Positions 38,637 to 48,183 of a DNA stretch of 64,000 nucleotides are shown piece by piece. The stretch lies in IMG/VR virus record IMGVR_UViG_3300049255_000219. One strand, written 5' to 3'. The notes under the pieces were generated by a model, which was not told the DNA's origin, searched no databases, and worked only from the letters and a program-made list of their open reading frames with translations. The stretch's first letter is position 1. Each line of letters begins with the position of its first letter. The position numbers were made by a program, and so were the translations under genes. Origin of the DNA: an uncultured virus (IMG/VR IMGVR_UViG_3300049255_000219) (lineage: Duplodnaviria > Heunggongvirae > Uroviricota > Caudoviricetes).

Positions 38637-39171
38637 AGTCCGGCTCTACGGTCACCTCGGCAGGCGGTTCGGGCGCGTGTTCCGCTTCGACGTCAGGTCG
38701 CCGGCCGAAGCGATACGCGCACTGCGCGCCAACCTGGAAGGATTCGAGGCTTACCTGTTCCAGCATTCTGCGGCGGGTTTTCATGTATTTGTCGGCAAGA
38801 CCAATATCGGGCAAAAGGATCTGTTGAAGACGAGCGATGATGCCACCATCAGGATCGTGCCGGTCGTGGCCGGAGCCGGGCACGGCGTGTTCCAGACGAT
38901 ACTGGGCGCGGTGCTGGTCGTGGTCGGCGCCTATTTCGACCAGTCGTGGCTGGTGAATATCGGCGTTTCGATGATGGTCGGCGGCATCTCGCAGATGCTG
39001 ATACGCCCTCCCGGTCCTGCCACGCCTCCCAACAACCAGGCATCCTATTGCTTCAACGGCCCGGTCAACACCACCGCCCAGGGCAATCCCGTGCCGATCT
39101 GCTACGGCGCCATGATCGTCGGATCGCAGGTCGTGTCGGCCGGGCTGTCGGTGGAGCAGATTGCAGTATGA
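38629..39171 (+). CDS. Tail assembly protein I
   Basis: VRLYGHLGRRFG, IVPVVAGAG, GNPVPICYG. Confidence 0.93.
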   Translation: MREVRLYGHLGRRFGRVFRFDVRSPAEAIRALRANLEGFEAYLFQHSAAGFHVFVGKTNIGQKDLLKTSDDATIRIVPVVAGAGHGVFQTILGAVLVVVGAYFDQSWLVNIGVSMMVGGISQMLIRPPGPATPPNNQASYCFNGPVNTTAQGNPVPICYGAMIVGSQVVSAGLSVEQIAV

Positions 39172-42100
39172 GCAGCGATATTCCTACCATTGATTCTGCT
39201 GTCAGGCGGGCTGCCGTTGCAAGTGCTCCAACCATACGCGGCGCCGGTGGTGGCGGCAAGGGTGGCGGTGGATCCGGCGCGACCGAAGCGTCGGACAGCC
39301 TGCGTTCCCGCCAGATCGCCAAGGTGATCGATGTGCTGTGCGAAGGGCCGATCGTCGGGCTGATCAACGGACTGCAATCGATCTACCTGAACGAGGTGCC
39401 GCTGCAGAATCCGGATGGATCGACGCAGGCATCGGGCGGTCCACTGCAGAATACGAACGGCACCTTCAATTTCGTCGATGTCGCCGCGCAATGGCGCAAC
39501 GGCACGCAGGACCAGTTGCCGCTCGATGGCGTGTCCGACGTCGAATACGAAACCGCAGTCGGCGTCGAGGTCAAGAATGGCGTGCCGATCGTGCGCACGC
39601 TGACGAACCCGAATCTCGACAGCCTGCGGGTCACCGTGTCGGTGCCGGCCCTCACTACGCAAGACACGACCAATGGCAATATCACCGGCAGTTCCGTCGA
39701 TATCACGATCGAGGTGCAGACCAATGGCGGCGGCTATGTCAACAGGGTCAGCGACACGATCGCCGGCAAGACCAGCAGCCGCTATCAACGCGCGTACCTG
39801 ATCAAGCTGGAAGGGGCCGGACCGTGGGATGTGCGCGTCACCCGCGTGACAGGCGACGCGACGACTTCCGCCGTCAACAACAAGACCTTCTTCGACAGTT
39901 ATACCGGCATCATCGGTTCGCGCCTGGCCTACCCGAACTCGGTACTGGTAGGCACACAGATCGACGCTGCGCAGTTCACGTCCATCCCGAGCCGGGCCTA
40001 CGGCATCAAAGGTCTGATCATCCGCGTTCCCACCAACTACGATCCGGTGGCGCGCACCTATGGTGATCTGTGGGACGGCACTTTCAAGCTGGCATGGTCG
40101 GACAATCCGGCCTGGTGCTTTTACGACCTGCTGACCAATGGCCGCTACGGTCTGGGCGATTTCATCGATCCATCCAGTATCGACAAGTGGGCGCTGTATG
40201 CGATCGCGCGCTACTGCGACCAGACCGTGCCGGACGGATACGGCGGCTTCGAGCCGCGCTTTACCTGCAACCTGTACCTGCAAACGCGGGCCGAAGCCTA
40301 TTCGGTCGCCCAGAATTTCGCATCGATCTTCCGCGCGATCACGTTCTGGAGCGCCGGCACCATCGTTGCGATGCAGGATCGCCCGGCCGACGCCAGCGCC
40401 CTGTATACCAACGCGAATGTGATCGATGGTGTTTTCAGTTACTCCGGCACCTCGATCAAGCAGCGCCATACCGTCGCGCTGATCGGCTGGAACGACCCCG
40501 CCGACTTCTACCGCCAGAAGATCGAGTATGTGCAGGACGACGAAGGTGTCCGCCAGCTTGGCGTCGTGCAGACGCAACTGACAGCCTTCGGCTGCACGTC
40601 GAAGGGACAGGCGCACCGGCTTGGACACTGGCTGCTGGCCACCGAAAAATACGCAACCGAATCGGTTGCCTTCAAGGCAGGGCTGGACGGCTGCGCGCTC
40701 TATCCGGGCGCGATCATCAAGACATCCGACCTCAATCGCGCCGGCAAACGCATGGGCGGCAGGCTCGGCCCCTCGACCGCTTCGGTGCTGACGCTCGACG
40801 CCGATTTCGTGCTGGAAGACGGCAAGTCCTATTCGATCGATGTCATCGGCAGCGATGGCAGCACCAATGCCTGCGCGATCGTCGGTCCGGCTGGCATGAA
40901 TGTCACCACGCGCACCGTCCATATCATGCCGCCGCTGGCGGCGGCGCCACAAACCAATGCGATCTACGTGATTGCCTCCAACGACCTCGCCGCCGAGACC
41001 TGGCGCGTGATGGGCGTGCAGGAGAGCGACAACAACGTGGTCGACGTCATGGCGATCGCGCACTATGACGGCCTGTTCGATCTGGTCGATAACGGCGCCC
41101 GGTTCGATCTGCCGCAGGTCAGCAACATCAAGACCGCGCCGGACAGTCCCGGCAGCCTGTCTGCGATGACATCGCCCTACATCGTCGCCGGTCATGTCGC
41201 CGGTTTGCGGCTGACCCTGTCGTGGGCGTCGTCCGCCGGGACCTTCCGGGTGTCGTGGCGCACGGCGTCCGGGCAGCAGGACGCGCGCGAGGTGCATCAA
41301 ACCTCGGTCGATATCGACAATGTCGATCTGACCACGTATTACTTTTCCGTGGTGGCAGTGTCCGCCATCGGGCGCGAATCCGTCCCGTCGGTTCTCACCT
41401 ATGTGGTCAGCCCCAAGACGACGGCACCACTGCCGCTGACCGCGCTGTCGGCCAGCGGCGATATCCTCCAGATTCATCTGGCCTGGATCTACGCAGCGTC
41501 AGTCGATACCAAACTGCTCGAAATCTGGGGCGGCGTGTCGAGCGACCAGGCGACCGCCGTCAAGCTGGCCGAGATCGCCTACCCGACCGCGCAATGGACG
41601 CAACAGGGCCTCGGCGCCGGCGTCACACGCTCCTACTGGGCGCGGGTAGTCGATACCAGCGGCAATGTCAGCGCCTGGTCGGGACCGGCGTCGGCCACCA
41701 CCAGTACCGACGCGTCCGATATTCTCAGCTACCTCGCTGGCCAGATCGGCAAGACGGAACTCGGGCAGGATGTCCTGAAACCGATCGAGGATGCGGAAAC
41801 GCTCATCGGCCCGGTGCTGCAGCAGATCGACGTATTGCTGAATGGCGTCGGCCAGCAGGACCAGCTGGCGGCAACCCAGCTGACCGGCCTGATCGCCGCA
41901 GACAATGCATTGAAGGCTGCGCGCGACAGCCTGACGTCGACCATCGGCGGCGTCGCCGCCCAGGTGACGAGCGAAGCGACCCAGCGCGTCACCGCCACCG
42001 ACGCACTGGCCAGCCAGATCAGCGGCGTGTCGGCCACGGCCAACGGCAATACCGCGCTGATCCTCTCGGAGCAAACCGCGCGCGCCAATGCGGACAGCGC

Positions 42101-43256
42101 GCTCTCGACGCTGGTGACGACCGTGGCGGCAACCGCCAACAGCAACACGGCGGCCATTACCAGCGAACAAAGCGCACGGGCCAATGCCGACAGCGCCATA
42201 TCGACACGGGTCGACAGCGTCGCCGCGACAGCCAACGGCAATACGGCTGCCATCGTCTCCGAGCAAAATGCACGCGCCAGCGCCGATGGCGCACTGTCCA
42301 CGCGCATCGATAGCGTGGTGGCAACCGCCAGCGGCAACACCGCAGCCATTGTGACGGAACAGAATGCGCGGGCCGGCGCGGACGGCGCACTCTCCACGCG
42401 CATCGACAGCGTGGTCGCGTCTGCCAACGGCAATGCGGCAGCAATCCAGTCTGAAGCATCGGCGCGCGCCAGTGCCGACAGCGCGCTGTCGTCGAACATC
42501 ACGACGGTCGCGGCGACCGCGAACAACGCCAGCGCGTCGGCGCAGACCGCCACCAGTGCGCTTGCCACCACCAACGGCCAGTTGTCGGCGATGTCCACCA
42601 TCAAGACGCAGATTGCCACCGGCGGTCGGACCTATCTGGCGTCGATCGGCGTCGGCGTCTCGAACAGCACCGGCATCGTCGAATCGCAGATCCTGCTGTC
42701 CGCCAACCGCGTCGCCATGATCGACGAGAGCAGCGGCACCCTGACCACGCCGTTCGTGATCCAGGGTGGGCAGACCTTTATCAGCCAGGCGCTGATCGGC
42801 ACCGCCTGGATTACGAATGCGAAGATTGCCTCGGCGGCGGTCGGGACGCTGAATATCGGCGGCAACGCGGTCACGATCCCGGCATCGATCAGCGGCAACG
42901 GCGGTGCCGGACCGTTTTCCGGGAGCGGAAGTTACGTGATGTCGCAGGTGTTTTCCGCCACGCTGAACGTCAGTTATGCAGTGCCAACGCCGGTGATCGT
43001 GCTGGTGACGTGGCAATCGGGTGCGCCCAGCGATGGCGGCAACACGAGGGTGGAAATTCGGGCGGACGGCAATACCGTTCTGGCGGCGTCGGACACGGCG
43101 CCGTCCGGTATCACCACGTCGCACGTGGCGTCTGCCGTCGTCAACCTCGCGGCGGGTGCCCACTCTTTCACGCTGTGGTTCGCCAACGACTGGCCCGGCG
43201 GTGGCACCTGGAATTTAGGCAACTGGTCGTTGACGGTATTGGGAGCGATGCGATGA
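39168..43256 (+). CDS. Host-specificity/tail tip protein J
   Basis: LCEGPIVGL, WSDNPAWCFYDLL, FN3-like domains, coiled-coil repeats; start at ATGA 39168. Confidence 0.96.
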   Translation: MSSDIPTIDSAVRRAAVASAPTIRGAGGGGKGGGGSGATEASDSLRSRQIAKVIDVLCEGPIVGLINGLQSIYLNEVPLQNPDGSTQASGGPLQNTNGTFNFVDVAAQWRNGTQDQLPLDGVSDVEYETAVGVEVKNGVPIVRTLTNPNLDSLRVTVSVPALTTQDTTNGNITGSSVDITIEVQTNGGGYVNRVSDTIAGKTSSRYQRAYLIKLEGAGPWDVRVTRVTGDATTSAVNNKTFFDSYTGIIGSRLAYPNSVLVGTQIDAAQFTSIPSRAYGIKGLIIRVPTNYDPVARTYGDLWDGTFKLAWSDNPAWCFYDLLTNGRYGLGDFIDPSSIDKWALYAIARYCDQTVPDGYGGFEPRFTCNLYLQTRAEAYSVAQNFASIFRAITFWSAGTIVAMQDRPADASALYTNANVIDGVFSYSGTSIKQRHTVALIGWNDPADFYRQKIEYVQDDEGVRQLGVVQTQLTAFGCTSKGQAHRLGHWLLATEKYATESVAFKAGLDGCALYPGAIIKTSDLNRAGKRMGGRLGPSTASVLTLDADFVLEDGKSYSIDVIGSDGSTNACAIVGPAGMNVTTRTVHIMPPLAAAPQTNAIYVIASNDLAAETWRVMGVQESDNNVVDVMAIAHYDGLFDLVDNGARFDLPQVSNIKTAPDSPGSLSAMTSPYIVAGHVAGLRLTLSWASSAGTFRVSWRTASGQQDAREVHQTSVDIDNVDLTTYYFSVVAVSAIGRESVPSVLTYVVSPKTTAPLPLTALSASGDILQIHLAWIYAASVDTKLLEIWGGVSSDQATAVKLAEIAYPTAQWTQQGLGAGVTRSYWARVVDTSGNVSAWSGPASATTSTDASDILSYLAGQIGKTELGQDVLKPIEDAETLIGPVLQQIDVLLNGVGQQDQLAATQLTGLIAADNALKAARDSLTSTIGGVAAQVTSEATQRVTATDALASQISGVSATANGNTALILSEQTARANADSALSTLVTTVAATANSNTAAITSEQSARANADSAISTRVDSVAATANGNTAAIVSEQNARASADGALSTRIDSVVATASGNTAAIVTEQNARAGADGALSTRIDSVVASANGNAAAIQSEASARASADSALSSNITTVAATANNASASAQTATSALATTNGQLSAMSTIKTQIATGGRTYLASIGVGVSNSTGIVESQILLSANRVAMIDESSGTLTTPFVIQGGQTFISQALIGTAWITNAKIASAAVGTLNIGGNAVTIPASISGNGGAGPFSGSGSYVMSQVFSATLNVSYAVPTPVIVLVTWQSGAPSDGGNTRVEIRADGNTVLAASDTAPSGITTSHVASAVVNLAAGAHSFTLWFANDWPGGGTWNLGNWSLTVLGAMR
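41945..42530 (+). repeat. About 6 tandem 96-nt (32-aa) repeats in J
   Basis: Anchors at 42039, 42135, 42231, 42327, 42423, 42519; unit ATANGNTAAIVSEQNARASADGALSTRIDSVV. Confidence 0.9.
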
Positions 43257-43597
43257 CGGACTTTGCGAGATATGACGACACGGGCCGGATACTGGCGACG
43301 GGCAGCATGCCTGCCGCAATGCTGGCGCTGCAGGACGGCAACATCTACGTCGGCACAGCAGATACGGACCGTCACTACGTCGCCAATGGCGTGGCGCACC
43401 CGAGGCCGCCGAACCCGGCCGCACTGACCGGCGCCACGCTGTCGAACCTGCCGGTGCCTTGCGTAATCCGGATCAATGCATCCGAATACCCGTGCGCCGA
43501 TGGCACGGCGACGCTCAACCTGACGCTTGCCGGAATCTACACGGTCACCGTGATCGCGTTTCCGTTTCTTGACGCTGTTTTTACCATCACAAAATGA
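43253..43597 (+). CDS. Tail-associated hypothetical protein
   Basis: ATGA-coupled to J; MTDFARYDDTGRI. Confidence 0.75.
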   Translation: MTDFARYDDTGRILATGSMPAAMLALQDGNIYVGTADTDRHYVANGVAHPRPPNPAALTGATLSNLPVPCVIRINASEYPCADGTATLNLTLAGIYTVTVIAFPFLDAVFTITK

Positions 43598-43761
43598 TCA
43601 TTAACCATACCGAGGACTATCGCGTGCTGCGCGCAAAGGAATATCCACCGCTCGCCGACCTGGCCGACGCGATTTACTGGCAGGCGAAAGGGGACGCATC
43701 AAAGATGGCCACATATCTCGCCAGGTGCGATGCGGTCAAGCAGCGCTATCCAAAATCGTAA
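43594..43761 (+). CDS. 55-aa tail fibre-associated protein (not in ORF track)
   Basis: MIINHTEDYRVLRAKEYPPLADLADAIYW...VKQRYPKS; ATGA coupling. Confidence 0.8.
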   Translation: MIINHTEDYRVLRAKEYPPLADLADAIYWQAKGDASKMATYLARCDAVKQRYPKS

Positions 43762-43784
43762 CCGGCATTTGCACGTTCATCACC

Positions 43785-43809
43785 AACCACCTGCGGGTGG
43801 TTTTTTTTC
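43785..43809 (+). terminator. Intrinsic terminator
   Basis: AACCACC-tgcg-GGTGGTT followed by a T run. Confidence 0.7.
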
Positions 43810-43840
43810 GTCTCGACTTCACAGAACAAGGAAATCCATC

Positions 43841-44167
43841 ATGACCATCAAGGGCATCAGCGCACGGATCGAGGATCCGAACACCGGAGCCGACGCGACG
43901 TTCCACGTCATCCATTTTTACTCGGTCGATGTGAGCAACCAGCTCTCCACTGCGCTACTTGAAGGCTACGTCTCGCAGGATGCGCAGGCGGCCGGGCGCA
44001 ACGCGCTGATGCATCACAACGTCCAGGTACCGGGCATTCCTGACGGCGCCTGCGCGCTCGACTGGCTGTATGCGGCGGTGGTCATGCCTGCGCCTGCGAG
44101 TGCCGATGGTGCTGTCGCATCGCAGAACGTGTTTGCCGGCGCAGTGCTGGTGCAAGCGGCCAGGTAA
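43841..44167 (+). CDS. Hypothetical tail protein
   Basis: AAGGA RBS; IEDPNTGADATFHVI. Confidence 0.75.
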   Translation: MTIKGISARIEDPNTGADATFHVIHFYSVDVSNQLSTALLEGYVSQDAQAAGRNALMHHNVQVPGIPDGACALDWLYAAVVMPAPASADGAVASQNVFAGAVLVQAAR

Positions 44168-44169
44168 CC

Positions 44170-45843
44170 ATGGCCTGGTACAAGACAGGATCGGTCTCGC
44201 TGGTCAATGGCGGCAATGCCATCACCGGTAATGGCACCGACTTCGTAACGCATGTTTCGCCGGGCGGCATTTTCTGCGCACCGGACGGTCATATTTACGA
44301 GGTCGGCAGCGTAACCAGCGCGACTGCATTGACGCTCGTCGCCGACTATGCCGGTCCAACCACGGCGAATGCGGCGTATGCGATTGCACCGACGCAGTCC
44401 TACATCGTCGATCTGGCCGCGCAGGCTTCCGCTCTGCTGAACACCTTCGGCAGCTTTCGGGATGCCTATCTCGCTGGCGATCTGGTCGGCGCCGGGCTGC
44501 AACTGAAAGGCGTGCTGACCGATCCCGGCTTGTTGCCTGCTTCGGGCGCAACGGGTGATGCCTACCTGATCGGCAGCAGTTTATATGTCTGGGTCGGGAC
44601 GACATGGAAATCCAGTTCGATCCAGGGACCGAAAGGCGATGTCGGCGATGTCAATCCCGCCAACCTGGCCGCTGCCGCATCCGCGCTCGACAGCAAGAAC
44701 ACGGCGCTAACCGCAGCCGGCACTGCCACCACTGCAGCGACTTCCGCGCAGACGGCCGCCAGCGGTGCGAATACCGCATTGACGACATCGCTCGCTGCAC
44801 GCGATGCGGCGTCGGCAAGCGCCACTGCCGCAGCCAGCTCGGCCACTGCGGCGCAGGGTAGCGCCTCGTCCGCTGCGGGTTCGGCTTCATCGCTTGCTGC
44901 GGCGCTCAGCTTCTTCCGGTCCGTGTTTCTCGGTCATTTCGCTGCGGACCCCGCAGTGGATGGAAACGGCAATGCGCTGGTTGCCGGCGTCGAGTATTTC
45001 AATACCGTCTCCAGCAAACTGCGCGTCTATGACGGCAGTACGTGGGGCGACTACGACAGCACCGCGCAGGCTGCGACGCACAACGCCGTCCTCAGCGCTG
45101 CCAGCGCAGCCACATCGGCGTCAACCGCAGGCGTTGCCGCAACTTCCGCCACCACGCAGGCAGGGGTCGCCACGGCCCAGTCGGCAACGGCAACCACGGC
45201 CGCAGGCACCGCAACAGCTCAGGCCGGGATTGCCACTGCCCAGGCAAATGCCGCTGCCGGCAGCGCCACCGTTGCCGCAACTCAGGCTTCCACTTCGACG
45301 ACACAAGCCTCGACGGCGATTGCCGCCGCGGGCACTGCCACCACGCAGGCTGGAATCGCGACCACGCAAGCGAGCGCCGCAACAGATGGCGCCGCGACCG
45401 CATCGACTGAGGCGGGCGTGGCAACGACGCAGGCAAGCGCGGCAGCGGCCAGTGCCGCCACCGCGACGACCGAAGCCGGCATCGCCACCACTGCGGCGAC
45501 CAGCGCGAATGCTTCCGCTGCCAGTGCCGCAGCATCGGCAACCACGGCCGGAACCAGCAGGGACGCCGCAGTCTCAGCGGCGGCAACGGCGACAGGCAAG
45601 GCCAACGATGCCGCAGCTTCCGCCGCCATCGCCGCTCAGGCGGCACAGCAGGCAACCGCCGGCAATCTCGTGACTTCCGTCGCCGGCAAGCAGGGCGCGG
45701 TGCAGCTTGGCGCTGCCGACATTTCCGGACTGGCGGCAGTTGCCACATCGGGCAACTATGTCGATCTCACCGGCCGGCCCAGCGTCGACCAGCTGGCGGG
45801 GTACGTGGATCCGATCGCGTATGCGCTTGTTTTTGGAAGCTGA
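44170..45843 (+). CDS. Side tail fibre with Ala/Thr-rich shaft
   Basis: MAWYKTGSVSLVNG tail-attachment N-terminus; VTSVAGKQGAV and ATSGNYVDL fibre motifs; C-terminal DPIAYALVFGS. Confidence 0.88.
   Translation: MAWYKTGSVSLVNGGNAITGNGTDFVTHVSPGGIFCAPDGHIYEVGSVTSATALTLVADYAGPTTANAAYAIAPTQSYIVDLAAQASALLNTFGSFRDAYLAGDLVGAGLQLKGVLTDPGLLPASGATGDAYLIGSSLYVWVGTTWKSSSIQGPKGDVGDVNPANLAAAASALDSKNTALTAAGTATTAATSAQTAASGANTALTTSLAARDAASASATAAASSATAAQGSASSAAGSASSLAAALSFFRSVFLGHFAADPAVDGNGNALVAGVEYFNTVSSKLRVYDGSTWGDYDSTAQAATHNAVLSAASAATSASTAGVAATSATTQAGVATAQSATATTAAGTATAQAGIATAQANAAAGSATVAATQASTSTTQASTAIAAAGTATTQAGIATTQASAATDGAATASTEAGVATTQASAAAASAATATTEAGIATTAATSANASAASAAASATTAGTSRDAAVSAAATATGKANDAAASAAIAAQAAQQATAGNLVTSVAGKQGAVQLGAADISGLAAVATSGNYVDLTGRPSVDQLAGYVDPIAYALVFGS
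45148..45530 (+). repeat. About 6 degenerate 63-nt (21-aa) repeats in the tail fibre
   Basis: Units like ATTQAGIATTQASAATDGAAT. Confidence 0.75.
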
Positions 45844-45871
45844 CCCATTTCACGTGACAGAAAGAACCTGA

Positions 45872-46210
45872 ATGACGACCGCATTTACCAGTGCAGCGAC
45901 AGCAAACATCGGCGCGGCGCTGATGCCGCTTTACGTGGCGCCAGCCAACACCAAGGCGGTGCTGGTTGGCTGCCTCCTTACCAACAAGACGCCCGGCGCG
46001 CTGCCGCTGACGGTACTCATCCGTCCCGCCGCAGGTGGTGGCGCCAGCGACATCAACCTGCTGCGCAACGGCAAAGTCGCGGGAGGCCAGTCGGTCGATC
46101 CCGCGCAGGGCAGGAAATGCATCCTGCTTCCCGGCGACCAGATCATGGCGCAGTCGGCGCTTGCCAACGCATTTGACGCCAGCGTGTCCGTGCTCGAGGG
46201 GGTGTCCTAA
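45872..46210 (+). CDS. Small fibre adaptor-like protein (paralog of 47870-48181)
   Basis: LYVAPANTKAVLVGCLLTN...ILLPGDQI. Confidence 0.75.
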   Translation: MTTAFTSAATANIGAALMPLYVAPANTKAVLVGCLLTNKTPGALPLTVLIRPAAGGGASDINLLRNGKVAGGQSVDPAQGRKCILLPGDQIMAQSALANAFDASVSVLEGVS

Positions 46211-46464
46211 TGGCCGAATTCTATGCAGTCGGCAGCGGCGACACGACCGGCACCGACCTTGGCGACAAGAGTTTTTACGGATTCCGGCTCAATCCGCAAA
46301 ACGGGCACCTAAACGTCGAAGTCATCAACGACGGCGTCACTGTCGTGTCCATGCCAGACCCCTCGGTCATACGCGCCGACGACTACCGGCAATTCGTGTG
46401 GACGCAAGACACGCTCGGCTTTTCTTTCGATGCCAACGGCCATCTTCTTTTGACTATTTATTGA
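46210..46464 (+). CDS. Hypothetical tail-fibre module protein
   Basis: TAATG coupling; FYGFRLNPQNGHL, FDANGHLLL. Confidence 0.75.
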   Translation: MAEFYAVGSGDTTGTDLGDKSFYGFRLNPQNGHLNVEVINDGVTVVSMPDPSVIRADDYRQFVWTQDTLGFSFDANGHLLLTIY

Positions 46465-46482
46465 CCATCCATTGAGGAACAC

Positions 46483-47841
46483 ATGACGCAAATCATTGAT
46501 CTCGGCAAGCTGCGCTTTCATTTTGCCGGCGACTGGCTCGCGACCACGATTTATGAGGCGAACGATATCGTGAAATACGGCGGCAACGTCTATTGCTACA
46601 CGTTCGCGCTGGCCCAGGCCGGCATCCTGCCGACCGACACCACCCACTGGGCGCTGATGGTCAAGGGCTTCAATTTCACTGGCACCTTCCTGCCGGCCCA
46701 GGCTTACCACGTAGGCGAAGCGGTCGCATACGGCGGCAAGGTCTATGTCGCAGTTGCCGACAACACGGGACAGATTCCGCCGAATGCCACCTACTGGTCG
46801 CAGTTCGCGGACGGCGTCGAATTCATGGGCGCGTACTCCGGCGCTACGCCCTACAAGAAGAACGACATGGTGATCTATGGCGGCAGCGTCTATATCGCCA
46901 ATATCGACACGACCGCCAACCTGCCGAGCAACGCGACTTACTGGACGCCCTTTGTTTCCGGTATCAATCCACAGGGTATCTATAACGCCGCCACCGCCTA
47001 TGTCAAAAACGATGTCGTGGCCTACGGTGGCAGCGTCTACATTGCGCTTGGCAACACCACCGGCAACCTGCCCAGCAATCCCACCTACTGGCAGGCATTC
47101 GTTGCCGGCATAGCGCCCAAAGGAGCGTATTCGGCTGTGGCGGGTTACGTCAAGGGCGACATGGTTTCCTATGGCGCGAACTGCTATGTCGCCAAAGGCG
47201 ACACCACGGGCAACCTGCCGACCAATGCAGCGTTCTGGACGCTGCTAACGCAAAGCGTGGCCAATCGCGGCGCGTATGCCGGCGCGACCCAGTATTACAT
47301 GAACGACCAGGTGGTATTCGGCGGCAGTCTGTACCAGGCCAGGCAGGACACGCTCGGCAACGACCCGACCAGCCCCGCCAACTGGTCGCTGGTTGTCTCA
47401 GGTTTCCGGCTGATCGGACCATGGGCAACCGCTACCCAGTATTACGTCAACGACATCGTCAGCTATGGCGGCAACACCTATGTCGCCCTGACCTATCACG
47501 CATCGGCCGCGTTCCAGGCCGACCTTGCCGCCGCCAGGTGGCAGAAATTCAATGGCGGCATCCGCTGGCGCGGCGTGTGGGGGACTGGCACCAGCTATCT
47601 GGCGAACGACATCGTCACTGACAACATCAGCACCTATATCGCACTGGTCGATCACGTGGCTGGCGTGTCGATCGCGTCCGATCTCACCGCTTCCAACCTG
47701 CAGGTGCTGGCGCTGGGCCAGAGCGTGCTGCCCAACATGACAGGCAAGGCCGGGCTGGTGCTCGGCAACGATGGCGTCAACCCGCTCTGGGTACAGGGGG
47801 TGTCCAGGATGAAAACCGCATTTTATGCGTCTCAATTTTAG
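46483..47841 (+). CDS. Fibre protein with 8 CBM5/12-like repeats
   Basis: About 50-aa units of form GxYxxxxxYxxNDxVxYGGxxYxAxxxTTGNxPxNxxYW. Confidence 0.85.
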   Translation: MTQIIDLGKLRFHFAGDWLATTIYEANDIVKYGGNVYCYTFALAQAGILPTDTTHWALMVKGFNFTGTFLPAQAYHVGEAVAYGGKVYVAVADNTGQIPPNATYWSQFADGVEFMGAYSGATPYKKNDMVIYGGSVYIANIDTTANLPSNATYWTPFVSGINPQGIYNAATAYVKNDVVAYGGSVYIALGNTTGNLPSNPTYWQAFVAGIAPKGAYSAVAGYVKGDMVSYGANCYVAKGDTTGNLPTNAAFWTLLTQSVANRGAYAGATQYYMNDQVVFGGSLYQARQDTLGNDPTSPANWSLVVSGFRLIGPWATATQYYVNDIVSYGGNTYVALTYHASAAFQADLAAARWQKFNGGIRWRGVWGTGTSYLANDIVTDNISTYIALVDHVAGVSIASDLTASNLQVLALGQSVLPNMTGKAGLVLGNDGVNPLWVQGVSRMKTAFYASQF

Positions 47842-47869
47842 CATCGCAATTTTAACGAGGAAAACAAGC

Positions 47870-48181
47870 ATGGCAATTCTAGGAAAGCAGTCGCCCGCAG
47901 CGGCCACCGAAGCCGTTCTCTATACAGTCAGCGCGGGAAAGAACGGGCTAGCGGCAGTCGAGGTTTGCAACAGGAACGCGGTACCGGTCAAGATCCGCGT
48001 GGCACTGCGCAGCGTCGGTGAAAACGCGACGCTCGCGGCAAGTTATATCGAATACGACACGCCGATTCCGGCCAACGGCATGTTCGAGCGTACTGGCATC
48101 CAGCTGACGGCCAGCGAGGCGATCACGGTGCAGTCGGACACCGCCAATACCAACTTTATCGCCCTTGGGCTGGAGGAATAA
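47870..48181 (+). CDS. Small fibre adaptor-like protein
   Basis: GAGG RBS; LYTVSAGKNG...VCNRN...ERTGIQLTASEAI. Confidence 0.78.
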   Translation: MAILGKQSPAAATEAVLYTVSAGKNGLAAVEVCNRNAVPVKIRVALRSVGENATLAASYIEYDTPIPANGMFERTGIQLTASEAITVQSDTANTNFIALGLEE

Positions 48182-48183
48182 GT

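Noticed and set aside
39102..43163. Long antisense ORFs (791 aa, 554 aa) opposite J, and similar ones opposite the helicase, portal and tape measure genes
   Set aside because: Shadow frames expected from high-GC codon bias; no motifs or RBS.
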